DNA of 64,000 bases from the human T2T-CHM13v2.0 reference genome, Homo sapiens: assembly GCF_009914755.1 (NCBI RefSeq), contig NC_060932.1; one strand, written 5' to 3'. Positions 41,703 to 57,139 of the stretch are shown piece by piece (position 1 is the first letter of the stretch; each line of letters starts with the position of its first letter). The notes beneath the pieces are model-generated. The model did not search any database. It was not told the origin of the DNA and saw only the letters and a list, made by a program, of their open reading frames with translations. The position numbers were made by a program, and so were the translations under genes.

Positions 41703-42332
41703 TGATCTCTATTTTAACATTAATACTTATCAGTTGTTGCATCTAAACTCTGAAAGGGAGGGGTATAATGGGGCATATCTGACCTCCTTTCCCGTAATGC
41801 CTGGGAATTCAGTTTTTAAGGTGTTTCTAGGGTTCCCTTGGTCAAGAGGGGGGCCCTTTCAGTTGATGTGGGCCTTAGGATCTTATTTTTAGTTTATACC
41901 TTGCCAAACGTCGAAGAAAAAATTCTGGACTGACACCCACCCCTACCAGTAAAGGCCAAGTGGGGGACTCTCTCCCTCCCCAGGCTACAATGAGGGGGAT
42001 CTGCTCCTCTCTTCTGGGGGTTGCAGAAGAGCCTGGTGAAGAATAAGGACTGGCCAGGTGCAGTAGCTCACACCTGTAACCCAGCACTTTGGGAGGCCAA
42101 GACAGGAGGATTGCTTGAATCCAGAAGTTCAACATCATCTTGGGCAACAGAGTAAGACCCCCTCTCCACAAAAAATCAACAAAATTAGCTGGGTGTGGTA
42201 GTGCATGCCTATAGTCCCAGCTACTCCAGAGGCTGAGGTGGGAGGACCACTTGAGCCCAGGAGGTCAAGGTTGCAGTTAGCTGAGATGGTACCACTGCAC
42301 TCCAGCCTGGGCAACAGAGCAAGGCCCTCTCT

Positions 42333-42365
<33 letters not shown>

Positions 42366-42552
42366 ACTTTCACCAAGACCAGGGGTAACAAGGCTACCCC
42401 ACAACTCAGTATCAGTAAAGAACAAATGGGGAGCAGTAACTAGGAATTCCGATCCCTGCCAGCCAGAGAAATGTTAGTGGAAACCATTGTCCCTGCCTAG
42501 CAGTAATGAGTCCCTACCCTTGAGAACCAACATTGGCTGAGTGGGGAGCGTG

Positions 42553-43357
42553 TGAAATCATCTTTGCAAAAATTACGAGAGTGAGAGAAGTCTAGCCTGG
42601 CTGGGTCCATCTTGCTTCTAGCCTTACAGGCTGACTGTCCTCACTCATTCCTGAGTGTAAGCCAAGCTAGCCACAGGAGGAATTTAGTTTACACTTTAAC
42701 TTTGAAGCAAGGATGATAATAGCCCCTCCATAAAACTGACCCCCTCCTTGTTCAGGGACTGAAAGAGCCTTTGAAAGACTAATGAAAGTCCACAAGATGA
42801 GGATGATGGGAGGGGCCCAAATTTTGCTAAGATGCAGGTGTAGTTAAATGATAACCAGCCATGGTTCCTTAGGTGGCTTTCCTATAATCCTTTACTGGTT
42901 AGGAGTCACGGAGCCAGAGGTCGTTGAGATTTGTGACTTCCCCAATCACTTCTATAGATAACATCCTTGTTGTAGAACCTAAGATTGGTGTTTTGTGATG
43001 TTTTTCAGGCTTTTTAATTCTGGGACCAACTGACTCCACCTGGACCCAAGGGTCATGACTCACCCAGTCCTGTGGCCACCATCCAGAGACTTACTTAGCA
43101 CGAGGGCTCTTTTTCACACCCCTGTGATTTCATCCCCTACCAATCATCAGCACCCATTCCCTAGCCCCTGCTTGCTAAATTATCCATAAAATCCCTAGCC
43201 TCTGAATTCTTCAGGAGACTTATTTGAGTAATAAACTCCCATCCTTTTGCTTGGCGAGCTTTGAATTAATTAAACTCTTTCTCTACTGCAACACTGCTGT
43301 CTCTGTGAATTGGTTTTTTCTGTGCAGCACACAAGAAGAATCCATCTGGTGATTACA
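42553..43357 (+). mobile_element. LTR8-family (LTR8B-like) solo LTR
   Basis: TGAAATCATCTTTGCAAAA...TTTGAGTAATAAACTCC...GGTGATTACA. Confidence 0.7.
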
Positions 43358-43920
43358 CCTGGACCTGTACCCCCATCTGGCTGTGATGAGGTAGCTCCTC
43401 CTCCCCTGTCAGAGTGGTATCAGAGGAAGCAAGCTAAAACACATGCTTTAAGTAAGATCCAGAGACTCATAGTCTAATGCCCCAAAAGTCCATGGATCAA
43501 TCAAAAAACACTCATCACAGTTCCTTTGGCTGGAGGCTTTATGTCAGCAGCCACAGCTACGGGGCCTCTCCTGTGAGCCTGGGGTGACCATCCTCGAAGC
43601 CCAACAGCATGGCCCTCATCCCGCTTCCCATCTCCTTCTCGCTCCCTTTAGCCGCCCTCTGGGCCACTGCGTCTGCCATTCCTCAGGTGGCCTGGCCCGA
43701 CCTGCTTGGCCCCCATCCCCTCCGGTGGGTATCTCTCCCCACCAGCTCAGCCTAATTTAAAGTGTTTTTAAATTGGACCTCCTTTATATTGTATTTAGAA
43801 TTAGCATCCAAAATTGACAAATTACCAATTTGAGGCCCAACAACAGTGTATTTGTTTCTCCAAAACAAATACTTTCTTTTGAATGGTTTCAAATGAGCCA
43901 ACCAATTTTTGTAAAAGGCA

Positions 43921-43922
<2 letters not shown>

Positions 43923-43975
<53 letters not shown>
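43923..43975. repeat. (TA)n microsatellite at an Alu tail
   Basis: About 25 uninterrupted TA units. Confidence 0.95.
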
Positions 43976-43978
<3 letters not shown>

Positions 43979-44003
43979 TTATTTATTCATTTTTTTTTTT
44001 TGA

Positions 44004-44141
<138 letters not shown>

Positions 44142-44744
44142 TAATTTTTGTATTTGTAGTAGAAAGGAGGTTTTGCCATGTTGGCCAGGCTGGTCTCGAA
44201 CTCCTGACCTTAGGTGATCCACCTGGCTCAGCCTCCCAAAGTGTTGGGATTATAGGCATGAGCCACCGTGCCTGGCCGTAAAAGGCAATTTTTTAAAACT
44301 ATAAATACAAGATTGTAAACTGAATGATGATATGTCTTCCAGGAAAAATCTTTTTGAATTTCTGTTTTCCTTTATAACAAACTGATTTTTACATTCCCAA
44401 GTCATTTGCACGTTAACAGAATACTTAAATTTGCTTGTTCTGTACATAAACTATGATACAGCCTCTAGACATAAGAAAATTTGAAAAATTAAAGATGGTT
44501 GCACAAGATGCTTTCATAATCAAGCATGTGACACCAGATGGCAATTTGTTAGCCAAATGCTGTTTTTTTTTTTTTTGAGGAATCACTTTGGTTTTTTTGT
44601 TCCCCTGTTAGTTACAACTTTATTAGAAGTGTTAATTCTAAGCCTGTCTCTTAAGTTTATTTAGAAACAGCAAGTAATTGGGGCCAGGCACAGTGGCTCA
44701 CACCTGCAATCCCAGCACTTTGGGAGGCCGAGGCGGGCAGATCA

Positions 44745-45397
<653 letters not shown>

Positions 45398-45561
45398 CTA
45401 GGAAAACAGATATTACATGTTCTGTATCATTTTTGCCATTATAGTCAAATGTTAAAAGAAAAAATCAGTTGCTTTTAATCTTTGTTTCCATTGTTTGTCA
45501 AGGTTAAATTAAGAAGCTACTGGTTTATTCCCAACAGTTGATGCCTTTAGATATGTTGGAA

Positions 45562-45563
<2 letters not shown>

Positions 45564-45605
<42 letters not shown>
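45564..45605. repeat. Poly(T) tract
   Basis: About 42 consecutive T. Confidence 0.95.
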
Positions 45606-45607
<2 letters not shown>

Positions 45608-46051
45608 CTAGGAAGGGCCAGTTGAAAATCTGTGGCCCAGGAGGCAGAGAATGTAATACCATTTTCTGGGGAAAAACTGGTTGGCTACTTGATGTTAATT
45701 ATGGCACAGTAATAGGAAAAGGTTATTGTCTGTGTCTTTAAGTTTTTCTTTATTCTGCTTTTTTGCTGCTATAAGAGTTTTCTGAAATTTATATTTTAAA
45801 CTTTTCGTACACTTTACTGCTTCTAGTTTCAAAATGTGACATTCTTAATAAACAAGGAATTTTCCACTAAAAAAATACTAATCACAGCAAGAACCAGGAA
45901 GATCTCACACTGAATGAAAAAGACAATCAACAGAGGCCAACGCTGAGATGTTAGAACTATCTGACAAAGATTTTAAAGCAGTCATCCTAAAAATGCTTCA
46001 ATGAGCAACTAGAAACCTACTGGAAACAAATGAAAAAATAGAAAGCTTCAA

Positions 46052-46915
46052 CCCTTTGTGGTAGAATAGAGTGGAATTGATAGGGACATATCAGCCCACC
46101 TGCTTATAAGTAGCAGTGGTAAAAGTCATGTTAATGCTGGCAGGAGAACACAAAGAGAATGGGTAGAACTGGTTAGTATGGAACTCAAGCTTCAGTTAGA
46201 TGGTCGAACTAATATTAGAGGAGAGAGGTCAGTTAATATGAAAAAGGGTACCCATTTAAAGTAAGCAGATGGCCTGGCGTGGTGGCTCACACCTGTAATC
46301 CCAACAGTTTGGGAGGCCGAAGCGGGCGGATCACCTTGAGGTCAGGAGTTTGAAGCTGGCCTGGCCAACATGGTGAAACCCCATCTCTACTAAAAATACA
46401 AAATTTATCTGGGCATGTTGGTGCGCGCCTGTAATCTCAGCTACTCAGGAGGCTGAGGCAGGAGAATTGCTTGAACCCAGAAGGCAGAGGTTGCAGTGAG
46501 CTGAGATTGCACCACTGCACTCCAGCCTGGGTGACAAAGCAAGACTCCATCTCAAAAATAAATAAATAAATAAATATTTAAAAATAGACATAAGTAAATA
46601 AATAAATACAGTAAGCAGATTATAGCATCATCCCTGTGGTTGGGATAAAGATTCCTAGCATTGAAAAATGGATTTTGAATAGAACTAATATCGTGGGGTT
46701 TAGATGCTGTTATTAGCAGAGCTCACCTTATAGCAGTATTTTACACTAAAAATAATAAGGAAATTAGAGATATTAAGGTGGATGTTGTCAAGTGGATGTA
46801 TCAAGGAAGTAGGGTCTCTATAACCCATAATTAAGGTATAATGAGAATTCTATATATGTGGTTGGTATATTAATTGTAGCTGAGTTCTGTAGAGAGTGGG
46901 GAGTGTACTGGTCCA
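46052..46915 (-). pseudogene. Possible continuation of the NUMT (ND1 3' part, tRNA-Met/ND2 junction)
   Basis: G-poor minus strand as in the mtDNA light strand. CCCCACTCTCTACAGAACTCAGCTACAATTAAT resembles ND1, and TACCCTTTTTCATATTAACTGACC (46227-46250) resembles TACCCTTCCCGTACTAATTAATCC. The similarity is weak. Confidence 0.4.
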
Positions 46916-47179
46916 TGCTATCTTCTGCCACCCTGTACAGCAACGTCCTCCATTTGGCCTGGTCGCTAGTCATTGACCTCACTTGCTGCAGCATCTGCGG
47001 CTGATGCCTACAGTCCTTCCCCGGCCTCTGGCTTGTATAGCCAGGGCCACCTCTGCCAAGTGTCCCCTCATGCATGCTGAGAAGTCACTGCTGGTGCTCT
47101 GAGCCTCCCCCAGTCCCTTCTGATGCTCTACAGGGAGCTGAGGGACACTGGCTCTGGCCATACCCAGTGCGATTTCCAC

Positions 47180-47801
47180 ATGATGGCTGCAGGACCGGAC
47201 TTTGTAGTAATGAGCAGGCCACTCAACGAAGGCCCAGATCATAACCAAAATGCAGGGTCTGTCAGTTGCTACTTGCAGAATCCAATTCACAAGCGCGAGT
47301 TCTGGTATAAAGTGGCTTTTATTCCAAAGCCAGCTTAGGGGAAGAAGCATAGGCTTCCTGGCTTAAGGGTACGGCTTTGCTCTCGGAGTAGAAAGTGGGC
47401 ACTTTTAAAAGGCAGGGGAGGAGGTGAGCAGGTTGGGGGTGGTCCTCGTGCCAGCTTAGTGTCTTACCTACTGGGCGGTTGGACTGGCATTTTCATGGCA
47501 GAAATGGGTTGTAAAAGTGGCCTAAAACTCTCCAGGTGGGGAGAGAGTTTTGTAGTGGGACTTTGGATTGTAAATTGACTGTTATCTCTCCATGCAGCCT
47601 CCTGGTGGGTGAGCGTTCTGCTCTGGAGCATCTAAGCACAGAGTTAGATGAATTTGTAAGAAATATCTGATGAAGAGGAGGTAATAGACTATTATTGCAT
47701 TTCTAAAGAGCTAAAGTAAGAAGTGGGGAAAAGGAGGAAAAAGAAGAAAGAGAAAAAAATAATTAAACTATTTCTTAGAAAAATTGGGGTACTTGGTTAC
47801 A
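47180..47801 (-). mobile_element. ERV1-class LTR (MER31/MER67-like) inserted in the NUMT region
   Basis: Minus strand starts TGTAACCAAGTACCCCAATTTTTCTAAG and has AATAAA near the 3' part. The left boundary is approximate. Confidence 0.5.
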
Positions 47802-47819
47802 GATCTGTGTTCTCAGAAC

Positions 47820-48885
47820 CCCAGAACATCTCTGGAGGTTTTATGTCCCACCACTTCCCTGAGTTTTGGTTAGGATTAATCATAATCTCAACTATTAATT
47901 GACATCATGGACAGTAGAAGAATAACTAGTGTAACTTCACGTGAAATTTTTGGTGCTACTGCTTATAGCACTCCATAAAGCCACTTCGGTTTGAAGTTTG
48001 GTCAGATGGTAGAATTGAGTTTAATTTAGACGGACAGTACTCACAGGAACCCAGTTTGTAACCGGTAGTGAGTAAGGTCATGTTGTTCAGAACATTAAAA
48101 TAAGGATAAACAGTTCTGGATTCTGGGTTAATCATTTTAAGAGTCTATGTATTTGGATAAGTTCATTTATTGGGTCGCACAATATTTGAGGTTTTGCAAT
48201 TGCACATGGTCTAGAATTTTGTTCATACTGGAAAAATTAGAATATAGGTAGAAACTGGCTGAACTCAGATGATGTAGGATCACCTAAGCAGATGTGGATT
48301 AATCTACTGCTGCCCCATTAGGGAATTCTAATCTAACTCCAAGCCTGTATGCCCGATTGTCTATACAAACTGCAAAACAAGTTCCTATTATCCTTGGGAT
48401 AACTGTTTCTGGAAACTAAGCTTTGGTTCCCTCAATTATATTTATGAAAATGTTTCACAAAATGTATTCCTTATTTTATTTGGAAGTTTTGCCATGCTTT
48501 GAGGTCATCCACCCAAAATGAGGAAACCCAGGCCCATGTGTTTGTCACATGGATCAGGTAATTTTATTTGAATGGATTAATTATTTTTAAATCTTCAGAG
48601 TCTTCCAGTCTTACTTGACACAGGGTAGTCAGTTATCCTATTTGGGAGAAGAAGATCTTGGAACAGAGCCCATTCCGTTTCCCCTTTAGAAAATAAGGGA
48701 GGGGGCTTCCCGGGCAGTTCCAGCACTGTGTCATTGGTGGAGATGGTTAACAGACAGACACATACGGAGCTATTGGTTATATTTTGGGTAAACAGACCTG
48801 ATTTAAGTATGCCACATTCCTTTTACTTCTTTTAATCTTCCTTAAGGTATTCCTGTGCTGATTAATAATAATTTGAAAAAGCAAT
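47820..48885 (-). pseudogene. Ancient NUMT: mitochondrial 16S rRNA (3' part) and ND1 remnants
   Basis: Collinear minus-strand matches to mtDNA: GGAAGATTAAAAGAAGTAAAAGGAAT (48816-48841), CTGTTTACCCAAAA (48782-48795), CAGTTATCCCAAGGATAA (48388-48405) and ATCCTACATCATCTGAGTTCAG (48259-48280). From 47974 downward it translates GVL*AVAPKISREVTLVILLLS versus ND1 [22 protein letters not shown]. Confidence 0.8.
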
Positions 48886-49487
48886 TGAATTTTTTTTTAA
48901 TTTTTAGAGATGGGATCTTGCTCTATCACCAAGGCTGGAGTGCAGTGGTGCTCACTGCAGCCTTGACCTCCTGGGCCTAAGTGATCCTTCTGATTCAGCC
49001 TCCCAATTAGAGTTTCATTTTATATGTGAAATTGTTAGTTATAAATGGATTAGCTACATTGGGCTGCCGCCTATAATTGGGTCAGGGTTTGGAAAGACCC
49101 AATGTCCAAACTGACCACACACAAAAGTGCTATTTCCTATGCCCTACCAGGCTGAACTGCACTTCAGTGCTAGCTCTGTGCTCTAGTTTATAACCTATGG
49201 AAAAAGCTCTTCTGTGGCATTTGAGAGACTAGTCTGAGAGCATGTAGTTGCCAAATGATTTACTTTCCAAGGGCTTTTGGGCCCTTTCTTTAGAAATTCT
49301 AGTTTGGGCCGGGCGTGGTGGTTTACACCTGTAATCCCAGCACTTTGGGAGGCCAAGGCAGGAGGATCACGAGGTCAGGAGATTGAGACCATCCTGGTCA
49401 ACATGGTGAAACCCCGTCTCTACTAAAATACAAAAAAAAAAAAATTAGCCAGGCGTGGTGGCACGTGCCTGCAGTCCCAGCTACTCA

Positions 49488-49631
<144 letters not shown>

Positions 49632-50351
49632 CTAGTTTGATGATTCTTTACGTGTTGGGAATACCTCACCCCCATGTCTCCAATGACACCATGAGTTTAC
49701 AACTTCTGGTGTGATGGAAGCAGAAAATGGGTCAGGACGCCTCAGTCCCTCAGTTCTGCAAACTGATTGTGTTCACAAAGGCTGATTGACAGGCCCCAGG
49801 CCATCTGCCAGCAGCTCCCAGGGAGCCACACAGAAATGTGTTGGAGAAGCCTTTGAGCGGTGGAGAATCACACAGCCAGGCAGAGTAACGCAGGTTCTGT
49901 CTGAACACACTTGGCATGCATTTGACAGCAAGATAAAGGAAGAGTGAAATCCTGTCTCGAGGGGCTCATTGTTTCATCGTTCTGTAATCATTATAGAATC
50001 AAGTACTCTAAAGCTCAGAAAGGAAAGACAGCCCTTAGTTTACAAGACCTGAGAGCCCTTACCCGGAAAATGTACTGAAAAGATAAACATTTTGGAAAGC
50101 AGTTGGGCAAGAACTATTACAATATTTATATCTGCTTACTTTCTGAAGCAGCCATTTCACCTCCAGGAACTTCTCTGAAACTCTTGACATATAAAAGGAT
50201 GTTTACTGCAGATACACGTAAAAGGATGTTTATTGCAGCATTTTACAGTAGCCAAAATTGGAAACAATCATAAACAGGGAAGTGGTTAATTAAGAAGTGA
50301 TACATCAATCCAATGGAATATGATCCTGCTGTTAAAAAGAATAAGATCTGA

Positions 50352-50672
<321 letters not shown>

Positions 50673-51111
50673 TAGTTTCAAGATATAGTACTAAGTAAAA
50701 AAAAATTGCAGAAAAGTTTATCTCTGTGAGTGACTTTGTCAGAGTTTCACTTTCTATAATATGTTTCTCTATTGCTCTGGTTCCCTTCTCCCCAAAATAC
50801 ATTGTTTTGCACTTTAAAAATATCAAAATGGGAAAGATATGTGTAATAAAACTTATATGTCAGGATCCAGTGAGATGTAGCAGGCCCCTAGCACAGTCAG
50901 GCATCAAGTGATGCTCACTAAATCTTAGCTCTACGATATCAGTAAACATCTATGTGCAATGGATACCTTCTTGATCTTGTTGCATAAAACTGCAGAATCT
51001 CAGAGAGAAGGGTTAGGAGAAAACAGCTTCTTAAGCAGCTTTTCTACCCTTTGACTATCCCTACATGGCAATTTCAAGTTTTCTAAGGAAGTTGGGACTG
51101 GTTTCTTATAG

Positions 51112-52701
<1,590 letters not shown>

Positions 52702-53748
52702 TCTTAGAGTATTGATACTACCAATTGTTGTTCTGGCCATTTTTGCCAAGCAGCTGTACAGTGCATATCAATTGCTGGTGATGTAGAAAGGTAGATGTTT
52801 TCCAGGAAGCATTGATCTTTACCTTAGAGCCCAATGTTACTGCTCTTTTTACAGAGAGTTTTGATTTTCACAAACATTTTCCATAATGCAATTTGACTTT
52901 AATTGGGTGGGTATGCCTTTTTTTAAGAGACCCAAATAGCCGGCTGCAGTGGCTCATGTCTGTAATCCCAGCACTTTGGGAGGCCAAGGCAGGCGGATCA
53001 TGAGGTCAGGAGTTCGAGGCCAGCCTGGCCAACATGGTGAAACCCTGTCTCTACTGAAAATACAAAAAGTGGCCAGGTGTGGTGACAGGCACCTGTAGTC
53101 CCAGCCATTTGGGAGGCTGAAGCAGAAATCAATTGAACCCAGGAGGCGGAGGTTACAGTGAGCTGAGATCGTGCCCCTGTACTCCAGCCTGGCAACAGAG
53201 GCTCTACCAAAAAAAAAAAAAAAAACAAATATCCCCTCCAAATTTGCATCACAAAACAGATAAACAAAGGTGTAAATTTTACTATTGCAAAAGGACTCTG
53301 CTTCACTGGAAGTTCTTTCAAGCATTCTTTTACACTGGTTCATTTGAAAAGGGATTCACTTTATAAAAATTTGACAATACAACTTTTATTAAACATTTCT
53401 TTCACAGAACGAGATTTTTTTATTGGGCCGGGTGCAGTAGCTCACACCTGCAATCCCAGCACTTTGGGAAACCAAGACAGGAGGATCACTTGAGCCCAGG
53501 AGTTTGAGACCAGCCTGAGCAATACAGGGGACCCCATCTCTACAAAAAAACTGAAAAATTGGCCAGGTATGATGGCACGTGCCTGTGGTCCCAGTTTCTT
53601 GAGAGGCCGAGGTGGGAGGGTTGCATGAGCCTGGGAGGTCAAGGCTGCAGTCCGCTGTGTTTGTGCCACTGCACTCCAGCCTGGGCGACAGAGCAGGCCC
53701 CTGTTTCAAAAAAAAAGACAAAATATCCCTATAATTTATATATGCATG

Positions 53749-53783
<35 letters not shown>

Positions 53784-54289
53784 ACATATATATATATGTT
53801 TTTTTATTAACTGGGACTAAGACTAACAAGACCAATAAACTACAAGACTTTTGATTCTACCAGGGGAAACCTGATGGACTTTCTGAGTCTTAGGATGACA
53901 TGAGAACCTACAAAGCTCTACTAGAAGGCCATGCATTCAAAAAGGCCCTGGAGAGAAATGCAGAGGCTAGTGCAGATCTCAGGGTTGCACTTAACATCCC
54001 TGTGGCCAGGGACAAGTTGCTTCACCGCTGTTCCATTTCCTCATTTGCAATCATGGAAGAAGGATTTTACTCACTGAATTATTTTGAGGATTAAAGAAAA
54101 CATGTATTATTCTCCAGATGTTAAGACATTATGGGATGGGCACGGTAGCTCACACCTGTCATCCTGGCACTTTGGGAGGTGGAGGTAGGAGGATCACTTG
54201 AGCTCAGGAGTTCGAGACCAGCTTGAGCAACACAGTGAAACCTCGTCTTCACTAAAAATAAAAAAAAAAAATTCAGCTGGGTGTGGTGG

Positions 54290-55085
54290 TGTAACTGCCC
54301 AGTGAATTCTTGTCCACTGCCCAGATAGAGCCGATTTATCAAGGCAGGGGAATTGCAGTGGAGAAAGAGTTTAATTCACATAGAGCTGGCCGAATGAAAA
54401 ACTAGAGGTTTTTGTTTGTTTGTTTGTTTGTTTTTATTACTCAAATAAGTCTCCTAGGGCATTTGGGGGCTAGGGTTTTTCAAAGGTAGTTTGGGGAAAG
54501 GGGTTGGGGTGACTAGGTAATGATTGCTTGCTGCTGGTTGGTTGGTAATGCAATCACAGGGGTGTGGGAAATAGTCCTCCTGGGCACTGAGTCACTTCTG
54601 GGTGGGGCCACGGGAGTAGTTGGTGGATCCAGGTGGAGCCATCGGTATCAGACATACAAAAAAACCTGAAAAGACATCTCAAAAGGCCAATCATTGGTTC
54701 TATGTTAGTGATGTTATCTTCAGGGGTAATTGGGGGAAGTTGCATATTTTGTGACCTTCAGAATAATGGCTGCCAATCATTTACATCTACACCCTAGCAG
54801 AATTCAGGATCTTCTATCCTCCTAGCCTGGTGCTCCCTCATTAGGATTATAAAGGCAGCTGAGTTTGGGGAAGGGCTACTATCGTTTAAACTATAAACTA
54901 AATGTCTCCCAAAGTTATCTTGGCCTAAGCCCAGGAATAATTAAGGGCAGCCAGAAGGCCAAAGACAGGGCCGGGAGGGGTGAGGAGGTGGGGGCAGGGA
55001 ACGGTGGTGATGGGGCTTGGCAAGATCAGATCTTTCCCACTGCCATCATTTTCCCACTGATATACTTTTTGTAAAGGTGGTTTCA
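54290..55085 (-). mobile_element. LTR8A-like solo LTR inserted inside an Alu
   Basis: Plus TGTAAC...GGTTTCA with a 4-bp TSD GTGG. Alu sequence resumes seamlessly on both sides. Confidence 0.75.
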
Positions 55086-55456
55086 GTGGTGTGTGTCTGT
55101 AATTCCAGCTACTCAGGAGGCTGAGGCAGAAGGATTGCTAGAACCTGGAGGATCAAGGCTGCAGTGAGCTATGATCACACCACTGTACTCCAGCCTGGGC
55201 AACAGAGTGAGACCCTGTCTCACAAACAAACAAAAAAACATATTATGAAGTTATAGTAATTAAAATAGCTCCTAGAGAAACAAATGGAGGGCTGCACGCA
55301 GTGGCTCACACCTGTAATCCCAGCACTTTGCCCAGCACTTTGGGAGGCCAAGGTGGGCAGATCACTTGAGGTCAGGAGCTCGAGACCAGCCTGGCCAACG
55401 AGACCAGCCTGGCCAACATGGTGAAACCCCACCTCTACTGCTAGAAATACCAAAAG

Positions 55457-56001
55457 TGTTAGAAATAGATCATCGGTGCCACGAACAAAAGAAAGCACAG
55501 AGACAAAAGATCTCTCAGCAAGGCCATCTTTACTTTCTGCAGAAAGGGTGCTCACTCACAGATGGAACAATGGCGAGAGCACACTTGAACAAAGGAAAAG
55601 CAGACATAGTTATCCCTTAAGCATTTGGGTCGTCTCTACTGCTGTATCCTGCATCCATTGGCTGGAGCAGGACCTCACAATCTTAAACTGATACCTGATT
55701 TGCTAATAGCCTAAAACTTTCCTCAATAGGTTAGTGCAGGGAAGAACAAAGAAGTTGCTTACGGAAGGTTTAAGGAAGCAATAACATGTCCATATAAGGA
55801 AGGGGCATAGGCTGTGAGCTGGAACGTGCCTGTGAGCATGTCCAACAGTTACATAGGATAGGGTTTAACAAAGAGTTATTAGCACAAAGCAAGGAGGCTT
55901 GAAGAAAGTTAGTCTTTAAAAGAAACTATTTTTCCTAACACTTATGATTTATTCTTTAACAAGAAGGAAAACTTTGAAGAGGAAACTTTTTACTTTCTAC
56001 A
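55457..56001 (-). mobile_element. LTR10-family (HERV-I; LTR10D/E-like) solo LTR within an Alu
   Basis: Minus strand TGTAGAAAGTAAAAAGTTTCCTCTTCAAAG...ATTTCTAACA. Confidence 0.75.
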
Positions 56002-56167
56002 TCTACTAAAAATACAAAAATTAGCCAGGCATGGTGGCAGACACCTGTAATCCCAGCTACTAGGGAGGGTGAGACAGGAGAATCACTTGAACCTGGGGCA
56101 GAGGTTGCCGTGAGCTGAGATTGTGTCACTGCACTCCAGCCTAGGCAATAGAGCAAGACTCCATCTC

Positions 56168-56198
<31 letters not shown>

Positions 56199-56305
56199 TA
56201 ACAAATGGAGAGATTGTTAGCAGTGACAAATCCATACAGGTCTGCAGCAACCTCATTTCTTGCCTCTTCAGAGGAAAGAATTCATCCAAGGGGCATAAGG
56301 CAGAC

Positions 56306-56829
56306 TGAGAGCCTGTAAAATCAAGCTGCAGACATAGATAAGCAAGCTGGAAGCTTGCATAAGTGAATGCTGGCTGCTGCGCCAATAGGAAAAGGCTACC
56401 TGGAGGCCAGGCATGTTCAACATGGAGGCTCCATCTTCCCTTTTCTTTGTCCCCACATATGCAGTAAAAGAGCAGGTGACATGGCACTGGCCAGGTAGAG
56501 ACCCCATCTGCATAATAAAAGATTAGGGTGGGATGGCCAGCTTCTTCGCACTATGCAAACGGCACACCTGGTCCAACCAAGGTCTTGTGCCCTATGTAAA
56601 TCAGACACTGCCTCCTCAAGCTCCTCTATAAACCCCATGCATTCCACCACAGAACCGGATGACCCACTCAGGAGTCCCTCTCTCTCTGTAGGAGAGACAG
56701 CTATTCTCTTTCTTTTGCCTATTAAACCTCTGCTCTTAAACTCACTCCTGCGTGTGTCTGCATCCTCTATTTCCTTGGTGTGAGGCAATGAACCTCAGGT
56801 ATTACCCCAGATGAGCAACACCACCTCAC
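56306..56829 (+). mobile_element. LTR9B-like LTR fragment, preceded by a MER50-like LTR end at 56215-56305
   Basis: AACATGGAGGCTCCATCTTCCC, CTGCATAATAAAAGATTAGGGTGGG, CTATTAAACCTCTGCTC. Confidence 0.55.
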
Positions 56830-57139
56830 TAATAGCTGGGACTACCGGTGCGTGCCACCACACCCAGCTAATTTTTTAAATTTTTGGTAAAGACCAAGTC
56901 TCACTAGGTTGATGAGGCTGGTCTTGAACTCCTGAGCTCAAGCAATCCTCCTGCGCTGGCCTCCCAATGTGCTGGGATTACAGGCGTGAGCCACTGCACC
57001 CAGCCAAGATAGATTTTTAAATAAATGTCTGGAATAATAAGCTAGCCCACTGGGGAAAAGAAATAGTGCTGAATCTCTTCCTCATTCCTCATACAAAAGG
57101 AAATTCCAAATGAATCATCATACCTTAAAAAGTACAAAG

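Noticed and set aside
48638-48673. Humanin-like (MTRNR2L) ORF in the 16S NUMT
   Set aside because: The region homologous to humanin has an ATG but encodes only MGSVPRSSSPK* and does not resemble humanin.
49010-49306. Further extension of the NUMT into the 5' part of 16S
   Set aside because: Only one short possible anchor (GGGCTTTTGGGCCC) is visible, which is insufficient without an alignment.
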